A stretch of 64,000 nucleotides of DNA from Deltaproteobacteria bacterium (GTDB lineage: Bacteria > Myxococcota_A > Polyangia > Fen-1088): contig JANRKS010000019.1 in the NCBI GenBank assembly GCA_033763315.1, forward strand, positions 352,001 through 416,000. Reading direction: 5' to 3'. Below the pieces are notes generated by a model. That model saw nothing but the letters and a program-made list of their open reading frames with translations, made no database searches and had not been told where the DNA came from. Of the stretch, positions 1 through 9,424 are shown one piece after another; within the stretch, counting starts at the first letter, position 1, and each line of letters starts with the position of its first letter. Made by a program: the position numbers and the translations under genes.

Positions 1-501
1 GTGCGAAAGCTGGCTGCACGTGACGCCCAAGTGCGAGCCCACGAGGCTGCCCATGCGGCGACCGCAGGCGCTTTAGGCGGCGGTGCTTCATTCGATTACG
101 AGCAGGGCCCCGATGGCAAGCGTTATGCGGTGGGCGGCGAGGTGCCCGTGCAGGTGCAGTCGGGCAGCTCACCGGAAGAGACCATCCGTAACGCCCAGAC
201 CGTTCGTTCCGCCGCACTCGCGCCGGCCGACCCTTCGGGGCAAGACCACGCCGTGGCCGCCGAAGCTGCGGCGTTGGAGGCCCAAGCACGGGAAGAGCTG
301 GCCGCCAAGTCCCGGGGCGAGGTTGAAGGTGAAGATCGGGGCGGGGGGGGCGCGAAAGCTTCGGCCGAAAAACCCGAGCCTGGGGCCGTGTTGAGCAAGC
401 TTGAGACAGAGCGCAAGCAGGCGTACGGCGGCCGTGGCCATGACCACGGCGACACAGGTTGCGGCTTTTGTAGCAAGGCTGCATCCAAATACGCCGCTTA
501 G
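1..501 (+). CDS. SprA-related family protein (putative metalloprotease), probably 5'-truncated by the window edge
   Basis: L-x-x-RD-x-x-VRAHE-x-AH, YEQGPDGKRYAVGGEV and AALAPADPSGQD motifs are typical of the SprA-related family. Confidence 0.8.
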   Translation: MRKLAARDAQVRAHEAAHAATAGALGGGASFDYEQGPDGKRYAVGGEVPVQVQSGSSPEETIRNAQTVRSAALAPADPSGQDHAVAAEAAALEAQAREELAAKSRGEVEGEDRGGGGAKASAEKPEPGAVLSKLETERKQAYGGRGHDHGDTGCGFCSKAASKYAA

Positions 502-1082
502 CGCCTAAGTGCCGCGCGCATGGCGGGCCAATCCGCGGCCCACACAACGCCACGCTTACGCCAGATCAGCGGCATCCGCTGCCCGGCGGGTGTGCCCAAA
601 CAGTGATGATAAAGAGCATCGATGCGCGTATAGAACCCACGCGTGTGGGGCGTGTCAGCGCAGCCAAAGTGCTTGACGTCGAGGTGGTGCAAGAACTCGT
701 GAACCAGTGTGTTCAGCAGGCCGCGGAAGCTCGTGATTTTTCCAAGCACCGCCGTGCGCATCCACACCCGGATCTTTTGCGTCTCAAACGTGTAGTCGCC
801 GAACAGCTCATAGCTGCCGTGGCCTTCCAAAACTTTGTGCGGCCGCAGACCCAGCACTGAAAGCGCCGGTGGATCCACGGCGTAATGTTGAGCCAGGTGC
901 ATCAACAGCGCGAGGCCAGCTTTGCGCACAGGCGGCGCCAGCCCCGTTGCCAACGCCTCAGCCACAGCCGCGGCCAAGCTCTGCGTTAGCGCTGCGTCCG
1001 GCAAGGGCAGGGAGAGGCGACGATCGCTTTCGTCAAACGCCCGCCGCTCCTGCGGGTCGCGTGGAGGAGGATCCGTGACCAC
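498..1082 (-). CDS. Small zinc-metalloprotease-like protein (SprT/YgjP-like)
   Basis: TLVHEFLHHLD (HExxH) followed by PHTRGFY; convergent 4-nt overlap with the preceding gene. Confidence 0.6.
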   Translation of the reverse strand: MVTDPPPRDPQERRAFDESDRRLSLPLPDAALTQSLAAAVAEALATGLAPPVRKAGLALLMHLAQHYAVDPPALSVLGLRPHKVLEGHGSYELFGDYTFETQKIRVWMRTAVLGKITSFRGLLNTLVHEFLHHLDVKHFGCADTPHTRGFYTRIDALYHHCLGTPAGQRMPLIWRKRGVVWAADWPAMRAALRR

Positions 1083-1404
1083 GCCATGGGCTTAGCACGA
1101 CACCTGCGACGGCGGTCGCGCTTGCGTTATACGGAAACGCAACCGTATAAGTTGGCGGTGCCGTCCGCAACGGACGCATGGCGCGCCTGCTTGCAAACAT
1201 CCCTGTCTTGCGCGCGGGGCTGCCACCACTGCTCATCGCCCAGGAGAGCCGGCGCGAGTCGTTCATTGCTGCGCAATGGTAAGCCTTCGGATCGGAGAAA
1301 GGTTCGTCGAACGCCAGCGGTAGCGCGGCCAAGCGCGTGCGTGAGACTTGCAAGAAAATAGCGCTGGCCTCAAAGTGGTGGCCCCTCATTGGTTTAGGAA
1401 TTCC

Positions 1405-2271
1405 ATGACCACACGCGTTCGCTTCCTGTTCGCCGCCTGCGGCCTCGCGCTGGCCTTCGCTGGTTGTTCAACGGCGCTTTCCAGCTTCAACCCTGCACAT
1501 GTGCCGCGCAAGCACGGCGTTCACGCGGAGATGGGCATGGATGTGTCCGTGCCCACGGGCACAATCTCGAAGACGATCGATGCGGGCGAAAATTTGGCGG
1601 ACAAGGCGCAGAACAACCAGACGCTCACGCGTGAGGATCAGCTTCAGCTGTTCGATGCGGGCGTGAACTTGGCACTCAACCCGCCCTCGGTGCTTCAGCA
1701 CTTCGGCATTGCCTTTGCCCCGATTGCACGGACGGAAGTGTCGTTGCGCTTTGTCGGCGGTGGGTGGCGCGTGGGTGGGCGTTACCAATTGCTTGAACAA
1801 GGGGTGAACTCCTCGTGGGATCTCACGGTGGGCTTGGGCGGCATGCGCCAGGCGTATTCGTTCCCCATCGACAACGTGCTCGACATCGTTGAACTCAAAG
1901 ACTTCAATCGATTCACGGTTGATGTGCCGATCGCGTTTGGCCGCCGTGGCTCGTGGTATCGATTTTGGGGCGGCCCGCGGTTGCTGTGGACCACGGGCCA
2001 CACCGAAATGACGCTGAACCTTCCGCGCGTCTCGCAAGCCTTGTTGGCCACGGCCGACAGCTCAGGGATCTATTACGGCGTGCAAAGCGGGTTTGCCGTG
2101 GGCTACAAGCACGTGTTCTTCGGCTTTGAGCTCAACCTGGTTCAATTTCAAGGCTCGGGCACGCTCACGGCCATGACCTTCACCGATGGCCAAGTGGGAG
2201 AGACAACGCGCACTGTGGATCTCAGCGGCTTCGTCGTTTACCCGGGCATTGCTTTGATGGGCGAGTTTTGA
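1405..2271 (+). CDS. Lipoprotein with probable outer-membrane beta-barrel
   Basis: ATG 1405 after AGGA; lipobox AFAGC; alternating beta-strand pattern; C-terminal ALMGEF. Confidence 0.65.
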   Translation: MTTRVRFLFAACGLALAFAGCSTALSSFNPAHVPRKHGVHAEMGMDVSVPTGTISKTIDAGENLADKAQNNQTLTREDQLQLFDAGVNLALNPPSVLQHFGIAFAPIARTEVSLRFVGGGWRVGGRYQLLEQGVNSSWDLTVGLGGMRQAYSFPIDNVLDIVELKDFNRFTVDVPIAFGRRGSWYRFWGGPRLLWTTGHTEMTLNLPRVSQALLATADSSGIYYGVQSGFAVGYKHVFFGFELNLVQFQGSGTLTAMTFTDGQVGETTRTVDLSGFVVYPGIALMGEF

Positions 2272-2298
2272 GGCATTCCACAGCCTTTGACGCAGGCG

Positions 2299-2327
2299 TT
2301 GACACCCAGGATCCACAGGGTTAGTTT
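2299..2327 (+). promoter_or_regulatory. Sigma70-type promoter for the bactofilin operon
   Basis: TTGACA-N17-TAGTTT, ending about 40 nt upstream of ATG 2370. Confidence 0.55.
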
Positions 2328-2369
2328 GCGACCGGGCCAGCAGGCCTCGTTTAGGAAAGGATCCAGCGG

Positions 2370-2723
2370 ATGGCCGCAAAAGAACCCTGTCATATCGGAA
2401 GCAGCGTCACCGTCACGGGCCAGGTCTCGGGCAACCAAGATCTCGTCGTTGAGGGCCGCATTGAAGGCCGCGTTGGGTTGGACAGCCGCTTGGTGGTTGA
2501 ATCTGGCGGCGCGGTTGAAGCTGAAATCGAAGCCACCGAAGCCGAAATTCACGGCGCCGTCAAAGGTGACATGACCGTGAAGAAGACGGTTACGTTGCAC
2601 CAGTCGGCTCGCGTGATGGGCAACATTCGCGCCGCACAGTTTGTGTTGGCCGAGGGTGCACAGTTTACGGGCAACATCGAGATGGATGTTGAACTTCCAC
2701 CCGACGTGGTGGTGGGCGCCTAA
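2370..2723 (+). CDS. bacN: Bactofilin, BacN-like
   Basis: Bactofilin beta-helix repeats (DLVVEGRIEG ... FTGNIEMDV); first of three tandem bactofilins, as in Myxococcus bacNOP. Confidence 0.8.
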   Translation: MAAKEPCHIGSSVTVTGQVSGNQDLVVEGRIEGRVGLDSRLVVESGGAVEAEIEATEAEIHGAVKGDMTVKKTVTLHQSARVMGNIRAAQFVLAEGAQFTGNIEMDVELPPDVVVGA

Positions 2724-2754
2724 GGCGCTGCCTTTTATTGGATGAACAACTGAC

Positions 2755-3099
2755 ATGGCGAAACAAGACAAGGACGGCAAACCCATGGCGAATACGGTCA
2801 TCGGCACCAACATCACGATCGAAGGCGAGATTCGCGGCGAGGAATCGCTGACGATTCTCGGCACCGTGAAGGGCAAAGTCTCAGTTGCCCAGGGGTTGAC
2901 GATTGAAGCGGGCGCCAACGTGGAAGCCGACATCGAAGCGCAATCGGTCTCTGTGGGCGGCAAATTGCTGGGCAACGTGGTGGCCCGCGAACGCCTCGAA
3001 GTGCGCCCCGAGGGGCGAATGGTGGGCGACGCAAAAGCCGCTCGAATCGTGATCGCCGACGGTGCCTCGTTCAAGGGCAACGTCGACATGGACGTGTAA
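2755..3099 (+). CDS. bacO: Bactofilin, BacO-like
   Basis: MANTVIG...IADGASFKGNVDMD closely resembles myxobacterial BacO; alternative start at 2785. Confidence 0.8.
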   Translation: MAKQDKDGKPMANTVIGTNITIEGEIRGEESLTILGTVKGKVSVAQGLTIEAGANVEADIEAQSVSVGGKLLGNVVARERLEVRPEGRMVGDAKAARIVIADGASFKGNVDMDV

Positions 3100-3102
3100 G
3101 CC

Positions 3103-3672
3103 ATGGCCGCCAAACAAACCGTTTTAGGGCAGGGCACCCATGTGGTGGGTGAAGTTCGGGGCGACGACGCCCTGGTGGTTTACGGGCGCGTCGAAGGGCG
3201 CATCGACATCACCGACGAATTGACGATCGAGCCAGGCGCCATCGTTCAGGCTGACGTGCAAGCGCGCAGCGTGGTTGTGTCGGGCGTCTTGGTTGGTGCC
3301 ATCACCGCGAGCGAATCTGTGCGCCTCACGCCGAAAGCGCGTGTGGTTGGTTCCATCGTGGCGCCGAAAGTCGGCATCGAAGCTGGCGCGGGATACCGTG
3401 GCCGGATCGAGATGGGCGAAGTGGATGTGCAGCGGTCGCAAAGCGCGGCTGCCAGTGCCGATCGGGGCCGCACGGCCACCGTCGCGGCAAAAGCTCCACC
3501 ACGGTTGGCATCGCCTGCGAAGGCGGCGTCGGTGTCAGCACCAGCCGCGCCGGCTCGGCCCGCCGCCGCTCCCGTGGCTCCACCTCGGGCCGTTTCGGCT
3601 CCACCCCGTCCCACCACGGTGGCGGCGCAAGCTCCCGCTTGGGCGCGCAAAAAAGCCACCAAGCGGCGCTAA
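3103..3672 (+). CDS. bacP: Bactofilin with Pro/Ala-rich C-terminal tail, BacP-like
   Basis: Bactofilin domain plus an ~80-aa disordered Pro/Ala tail ending in basic residues. Confidence 0.8.
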   Translation: MAAKQTVLGQGTHVVGEVRGDDALVVYGRVEGRIDITDELTIEPGAIVQADVQARSVVVSGVLVGAITASESVRLTPKARVVGSIVAPKVGIEAGAGYRGRIEMGEVDVQRSQSAAASADRGRTATVAAKAPPRLASPAKAASVSAPAAPARPAAAPVAPPRAVSAPPRPTTVAAQAPAWARKKATKRR

Positions 3673-3697
3673 CGCCACGCTTTTCGACACACTCAAG

Positions 3698-3733
3698 AAA
3701 CGCGCCCCGGAAGATCCCGGAGGCGCGTTTTTT
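3698..3733 (+). terminator. Intrinsic terminator after bacNOP
   Basis: AAACGCGCC...GGCGCGTTT stem followed by a T-run. Confidence 0.7.
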
Positions 3734-3798
3734 AATATGTCATTCCAATGACATTGCAACGGCACGCCGCATACGGGTGTGCTACCTTCGGCCCGCTC

Positions 3799-5208
3799 AT
3801 GTGCGGTGTCATCGGCATCTTTGGCCATCCTGAAGCCTCGAATCTTGCCTACCTGGGGCTGCACGCTTTACAGCACCGGGGGCAAGAATCTGCGGGCATA
3901 GTCTCGTCCGACGGGCAACGCCTTCGTTGGGTCAGAGAAATGGGTCTCGTCAGCGAAATTTTCGACGCTGACCGGCTTGCGCGGCTCCCGGGCTTCGCCG
4001 CCATTGGGCACGTGCGTTATTCAACCGCTGGCGAATCCAGCCTGAAGAACGCACAGCCCATCGCTGTGGATTATTCGGGCGGATCATTGGCGATTGCCCA
4101 CAACGGCAATTTGGTGAACGCCGACGAACTTCGCCACCGCCTTGAAAGCGAAGGTTCAATCTTCCAGACCACGTCTGACACCGAAGTGATTTTGCACTTG
4201 ATTGCAAAGTCCAAGGAAGTGGGCCTGCCCGAGCGCGTGGCAGACGCTTTGCGGTTCGTGCGCGGCGCTTACTCTTTGGCCGTGATGACCGAGAACACGC
4301 TGGTGGCGTGTCGCGATCCGATGGGCGTGCGGCCGATGGCGCTGGGGCGCCACAAAGACACGTGGGTGGTGGCGTCTGAGACGTGCGCTTTCGAGCTCAT
4401 TGAAGCCGAATATGTGCGCGACCTGGATCCAGGCGAGATGGTGATCGTGGATGAACATGGCTTGCGCAGCGTGCGCCCGTTCACCGCCGAAGCGCCTCAC
4501 CGCTGCGCCTTTGAATGGGTTTACTTTGCGCGCCCCGATTCCACGGTGGGCGGGCTTTCGGTTTACAGCGCCCGTGAGTCGATGGGCCGCCGGTTGGCCA
4601 CGGAACACCCCGTGGAAGCCGACGTGGTGATCCCGGTGCCCGATTCTGGTGTGGCCGCGGCCATCGGGTATGCGCGCGAAAGCGGCATTCCGTTTGGCCA
4701 GGGCCTGATGCGTTCCCACTATGTGGGCCGCACGTTCATCGAGCCCAGTCAATCGATTCGTCACTTCGGCGTCAAGCTCAAGCTCTCGCCGGTGCGAGAG
4801 GTGTTGCGTGGCAAGCGCGTGGTGGTTGTGGATGATTCCATCGTACGCGGCACGACGTCGCGCAAGATCATCGGCATGATTCGTTCCGCGGGCGCCAAGG
4901 AAGTGCACATGCGCATCAGCTCGCCGCCCACGGTGGGCCCCTGCCATTACGGCATCGATACGCCTTCGCGCGAGGAGCTGATCGCCGCCACGCACACGCA
5001 CGAAGAGATCCGGCAATTCGTTAATTGCGACACGCTTGGTTACCTTTCGATCGAGGGGTTGCACGCGTCCCTGGGCCGTTCGGCGGAGAAGGATGGGGAG
5101 GGCGGCCCAGGCAACAATGGGCTGTGCGACGCGTGTTTCTCGAATAAATACCCCATTGCCGTCGTGCCTCCGGCGCGGCTGCGTCAATTGCGCCTGATCA
5201 CGGCGTAA
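3799..5208 (+). CDS. purF: Amidophosphoribosyltransferase
   Basis: N-terminal [25 protein letters not shown] motif [14 protein letters not shown]. Confidence 0.97.
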   Translation: MCGVIGIFGHPEASNLAYLGLHALQHRGQESAGIVSSDGQRLRWVREMGLVSEIFDADRLARLPGFAAIGHVRYSTAGESSLKNAQPIAVDYSGGSLAIAHNGNLVNADELRHRLESEGSIFQTTSDTEVILHLIAKSKEVGLPERVADALRFVRGAYSLAVMTENTLVACRDPMGVRPMALGRHKDTWVVASETCAFELIEAEYVRDLDPGEMVIVDEHGLRSVRPFTAEAPHRCAFEWVYFARPDSTVGGLSVYSARESMGRRLATEHPVEADVVIPVPDSGVAAAIGYARESGIPFGQGLMRSHYVGRTFIEPSQSIRHFGVKLKLSPVREVLRGKRVVVVDDSIVRGTTSRKIIGMIRSAGAKEVHMRISSPPTVGPCHYGIDTPSREELIAATHTHEEIRQFVNCDTLGYLSIEGLHASLGRSAEKDGEGGPGNNGLCDACFSNKYPIAVVPPARLRQLRLITA

Positions 5209-5346
5209 AGCGGGTCTCCGTCTTCCCTGGCCGCGGCGTGACGTCCACCACTTTGGTGGTTTACGGCTATTGACTTAGGTGTCCGATTTTCCGACTCTGC
5301 TTCGAATGTTTCGGGCGGGTAGGGAACCATCATCACCGGAGGCACC

Positions 5347-6948
5347 ATGAGCGCGAATGCAGAATCGTTAGGCCAGGGCAGCGCAACCTCGCTTGCCAAT
5401 AAGAAGTTGTTCATTTGCTGTTTCGCCGCGCTGGTGGCGACGTCGTTCGGCTTCATATTGCGCGTGTTCGCGATCGACGACTGGGCAGCGGCTTTCAACC
5501 TCACCGAAACGCAGAAGGGTGAAATCTTCGGCGTGGGCCTGTGGCCGTTCGCGATCAGCATCGTGTTGTTCAGCTTGGTGATCGATCGCATCGGTTACCG
5601 CACGGCGCTGATCTTCGCGTTCGTGTGCCACGTGCTCTCCGCGGTTCTCACAATCACGGCGAATGGTTATTGGTCGCTTTATTTGGGCACATTCATCGTG
5701 GCCATCGCGAACGGCACTGTGGAAGCTGTGATCAATCCGGTGATCGCGACGGCTTTCCGCAAGGAAAAGACCAAATGGCTCAACATGCTGCATGCCGGTT
5801 GGCCCGCGGGGCTCATGATCGGCGGCATCTTGGCCATCGGCATGGGCGCGGGCGTTTCGTGGAAGTTCAAGATCGCTCTGATTTTGATCCCGACGCTTGT
5901 CTACGGCGTGTTGATGCTGGGCGTGAAGTTCCCCATCAACGAACGTGTGGCAGCGGGCGTGCCTTACAAGACCATGCTCAAGGAAGTGGGCGCCTTGGGG
6001 ACCGCAATCATCACGTGGATGATCGTGTGGGAAGTGGGCCGTGTGTTCAATTTCCCCGTGGCTTTGAAGTGGGCTTTGGTGTTGGCCGTGGTGGGCGGCT
6101 ATGGCGCTTACACGCGCAGCTTGGGCCGGCCGTTGTTGGTGTTCTTGTTCATCGTGATGATCCCGTTGGCCACAACCGAACTTGGCACCGACAGCTGGAT
6201 CACGTCGCTGGTGGCGCCCGAAGTGGGCAAGATGGGCCTCAACCCTGGTTGGGTTTTGGTGTTGACGTCTTTGGTGATGATGCTGTTACGCTTTGTGGCT
6301 GGCCCCATCGTGCACAAGCTTTCGCCATTAGGCTTGCTGGCAGCGGCGGCGGCGATTGCCGCTGTGGGCTTGGGTGCTTTGTCGATGGCCACGGGTGTGG
6401 CGATCTTCGCGGCGGCCATCATCTATGCGTTGGGCAAAACCTTCTTTTGGCCCACGATGTTGGGCGTGGTGGCCGAGCAATTCCCGAAGGGCGGCGCCTT
6501 AACGTTGAACGCCATGGGTGGCGTGGGCATGTTGGCGGCGGGTGTTGTGGGCGCGCAGCTTTTGGGCGGCATTCAAGATCACGCCATCGACCGCGGTTTG
6601 CAGTCTTACGACGAGGCCCACAACACGCAGCTTCACAGCAGCATCACCGTGGAGAAAGAAGGCACGTTTGGCTCGTACCGTGCGGTCAACCAAACGGCGT
6701 TGGCCTCGGCGAACCCTGCCACAGTGGCAGCGGTGGATGAGGCCACAGGCGCGGCGAAGAAAGAAGCCCTGCGCACCGTGGCTTTGTTCCCGCTGTTCTT
6801 GTTGGTGTCGTTCGGCGGCTTGGTGCTCTACTTCAAGAGCCGCGGCGGTTACCGCGCGGTCGAGCTGGAAACGTTGGCTGTGGAACGGCCCGCAGGCGCG
6901 CCAGTGAGCGCACGCGCCGCGGATGTCAGCAGCCCCGTGAGCACGTAA
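5347..6948 (+). CDS. MFS transporter (sugar/fucose-permease-like)
   Basis: About 14 hydrophobic segments; motif A-like LVIDRIGYR; NGTVEAVINP; FFWPTMLG. Confidence 0.85.
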   Translation: MSANAESLGQGSATSLANKKLFICCFAALVATSFGFILRVFAIDDWAAAFNLTETQKGEIFGVGLWPFAISIVLFSLVIDRIGYRTALIFAFVCHVLSAVLTITANGYWSLYLGTFIVAIANGTVEAVINPVIATAFRKEKTKWLNMLHAGWPAGLMIGGILAIGMGAGVSWKFKIALILIPTLVYGVLMLGVKFPINERVAAGVPYKTMLKEVGALGTAIITWMIVWEVGRVFNFPVALKWALVLAVVGGYGAYTRSLGRPLLVFLFIVMIPLATTELGTDSWITSLVAPEVGKMGLNPGWVLVLTSLVMMLLRFVAGPIVHKLSPLGLLAAAAAIAAVGLGALSMATGVAIFAAAIIYALGKTFFWPTMLGVVAEQFPKGGALTLNAMGGVGMLAAGVVGAQLLGGIQDHAIDRGLQSYDEAHNTQLHSSITVEKEGTFGSYRAVNQTALASANPATVAAVDEATGAAKKEALRTVALFPLFLLVSFGGLVLYFKSRGGYRAVELETLAVERPAGAPVSARAADVSSPVST

Positions 6949-6961
6949 GAAAAAAGTCGAC

Positions 6962-8704
6962 TCATGAAAAAGGGTGCGTCTTCGGGCGCACCCTTCTTCG
7001 ATTCCGGGCCATCACGGCGAACGCCAAGCCCGCACACAAAAACCACGGTTGTGCGCTTTGGCGTGAACGCGTATGCGCGACGCTGCATGAGCCGCTTGAT
7101 TTGTCTTCATCGGCCCCGGCGTTGCCACCGCTAGCGCCATGGCGAGCGTCAGCGCCGCCTTGGTTGGGGGAGCCGGCCATGCCGCCCTGGTTGGTAACAC
7201 CACTGCCGCCTTGGCTCAGTCCACCGCTGCCGCCGGTGTTCGCGGTGGTGCCTCCAGCACCCGCATTGCCGCCGATTCCGCCATTTCCACCCGCACCACC
7301 GATAGGTGCGTCACTCGATTTAGACAGCACCCATTGGTTCACCGTCCACTCCTCGTAGGCGCCGAGCTTGAACATCAGCGGGGCGGTCGGTCCTTTCGGT
7401 TTGCCCGTGCTCGGATTGGCGTATGAGGCCACATCTTTGACGTTGGTGAAGGTGTTGTTTTCGATGACGGCGGCGTAGCTTGCTGCATTTCGCATCAACG
7501 GACGCGAGGTTCCGTTGAGCTCGAACACGTTGTCGCGGATGACGATGGTCTTCCAGTCGGTGACCCCGCCATTGCGCTCGGGGCGAAAGTCGAACAGGCC
7601 CTCTGTTCGCGGCGTGACCGTGGTCTCTGCGATGACGTGGTTGTTGTAGAACGCGAAGGTATTGTAGACGCCCTCGTTCCAGTAGAGGCCACGGCCCGGG
7701 ATGTGGATCAAGTTGTCGTGCATCTTCGTGCCACCCGTGGCCACCGACGAATCAAAGCCGCTGATCAGATTGCCGCCGTCCGCCTGCTTTGAGAAGTCGA
7801 AGAGGTTGTGATCGATTTCCACGCCGTTGCGGTGGTACTCGAATGAGTAAGACGACTTGAAATAATTGTGATGAACGTGAAACGAATAGCCGCCCGCAGG
7901 GAAGTTGCCGCCGCCGTATTTGGGGATCGATACCGTGCCACCGATGTAGTTGTGGTCGATCTCCACAAAGTGATCGTTCTCAAACGGAAATTCGATCGCA
8001 AAGTCGGTTGCGATGCTGTTGCTAAAAATGTGCAGGTTGCGGCCTTCGCGCCCCTTGATCCCGTACGAATCGTTGCCTTGGCTGCGCGCGAAGCGGTTGT
8101 TGGTGATCTCAGAATTCTTTGTGTACGTGAGGAACAACTGGCCGCCTGACGAGCCGGTGGTGATCATGCTCTTGTTGCCGGCGTCGAAGAAGCTGTTGTC
8201 GTGAATCTTCGAATCGTTTAAGCCATACGTCCGAACCCCTGCCCACAAGAAAGTTTTGATTTCGAGGCCCGACACTTCAAGCCGGGTGACGTTGAAACCG
8301 CATATCGCGCCGTGCATTTGCGGCCCCGTAAGGGTGAGGTCTGCGATGCCAACGTCCATCGCGTTTTCACCCAAGTTAATGAGGTATGATTTGCATTGGA
8401 TGGCGGTGCGCGTGGCGCCCTCATCACTTTGCAAGCCTGCGTTGCCCGGCGCCCATGCGGCGGCATTCTTTATGATCGTGTTGCCGGCCCCCGCGCCCTT
8501 GAGCTTCATTCCCGGTTTTGGTGTCAAAGGCGCCGTCAACTCGAAGGTGCCGGCGGCGATGGTGACCGTGGCGTTGGCCTGGCCCTCGTTGACGGCCTTG
8601 ACAAGTTCGGCCGCGGTTTTGACCTGCGCCGCGGCCGGCGCCTCCATACCCACAAGAACGCCCATGACAAACGGAAGGGCAGCGAACAACCGTAGGTGAA
8701 GCAT
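6962..8704 (-). CDS. Secreted right-handed beta-helix protein with Gly-rich linker and MYXO-CTERM sorting signal
   Basis: Signal peptide (APAAA|Q); repeated I-x-x-N-x-F beta-helix rungs; Gly-rich linker; GSCSV-hydrophobic-RNRRR tail; AGGAG upstream of ATG 8704. Confidence 0.8.
   Translation of the reverse strand: MLHLRLFAALPFVMGVLVGMEAPAAAQVKTAAELVKAVNEGQANATVTIAAGTFELTAPLTPKPGMKLKGAGAGNTIIKNAAAWAPGNAGLQSDEGATRTAIQCKSYLINLGENAMDVGIADLTLTGPQMHGAICGFNVTRLEVSGLEIKTFLWAGVRTYGLNDSKIHDNSFFDAGNKSMITTGSSGGQLFLTYTKNSEITNNRFARSQGNDSYGIKGREGRNLHIFSNSIATDFAIEFPFENDHFVEIDHNYIGGTVSIPKYGGGNFPAGGYSFHVHHNYFKSSYSFEYHRNGVEIDHNLFDFSKQADGGNLISGFDSSVATGGTKMHDNLIHIPGRGLYWNEGVYNTFAFYNNHVIAETTVTPRTEGLFDFRPERNGGVTDWKTIVIRDNVFELNGTSRPLMRNAASYAAVIENNTFTNVKDVASYANPSTGKPKGPTAPLMFKLGAYEEWTVNQWVLSKSSDAPIGGAGGNGGIGGNAGAGGTTANTGGSGGLSQGGSGVTNQGGMAGSPNQGGADARHGASGGNAGADEDKSSGSCSVAHTRSRQSAQPWFLCAGLAFAVMARNRRRVRPKTHPFS
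6967..7000. terminator. Probable bidirectional terminator hairpin
   Basis: AAGGGTGCGTC-TTCG-GGCGCACCCTT at the junction of convergent genes, with an A-run on the 5' side. Confidence 0.6.
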
Positions 8705-8797
8705 CAGATCTCCTGTCTCCTGGTGAGGGCTCGCCACCACGTAGGGCCGCAGCCCATGGTAGCCTGGAACTATTGCGCCCAGCGGGCCGTTTTTGTC

Positions 8798-9424
8798 ATG
8801 GCAACTTCAATAGAATCCGTTTCTCTCATCCCAGGACCCGTGCCGAATGCGGCGCGGCTAGATGCCCAACTTCTCGAATTGCGAGCGCTTTATCCACGGG
8901 CCATCATCGACCGGTACCTTGAAAAGCTGCCCACACTGGGGCAGCGGGTTTTGATAGCGCCCGGCGCGGCGGTGGTGGCTGAGGTTTATCTGGGTGATGA
9001 TGTCTCGGTGTGGTTCGGCGCCGTTTTGCGGGGCGATTTGGCGCCCGTGCGCGTGGGTGCCCGCAGCAACATCCAAGATGGAGCGGTTTTGCATGTGGGT
9101 GATTTTAGCCCGTGCCAAGTGGACGAGGATGTGGTGGTGGGCCACCGAGCGATGCTTCACGGGTGCCATGTGGAACGGGGTTGCTTGATTGGCATGCAGG
9201 CCACCGTTTTGGACGACGCCGTCGTGGGCCATGGCTCAGTGGTGGGCGCCGGGGCGGTGGTGCCACCCAAGTCCATCATCCCGCCTCGCAGTTTGGTGCT
9301 GGGGGTTCCCGGCAAAGTGGTTCGAACGCTCACCGAAACAGATGAAGCGATGGCGGTAGGCCTGGCCGCCAAATACGCACGCCTCAAAGAGAACTATCTG
9401 CGGGACGCTTTGTCGCGGGGCTAA
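8798..9424 (+). CDS. Gamma carbonic anhydrase family (hexapeptide-repeat) protein
   Basis: VWFGAVLRGD, SNIQDGAVLH, VGHRAMLHGC, GVPGKVVR. Confidence 0.9.
   Translation: MATSIESVSLIPGPVPNAARLDAQLLELRALYPRAIIDRYLEKLPTLGQRVLIAPGAAVVAEVYLGDDVSVWFGAVLRGDLAPVRVGARSNIQDGAVLHVGDFSPCQVDEDVVVGHRAMLHGCHVERGCLIGMQATVLDDAVVGHGSVVGAGAVVPPKSIIPPRSLVLGVPGKVVRTLTETDEAMAVGLAAKYARLKENYLRDALSRG

Noticed and set aside
1033-1389. Short ORFs 1086-1361 (+) and 1033-1389 (-)
   Set aside because: No convincing SD, atypical composition and no recognisable motifs; treated as intergenic
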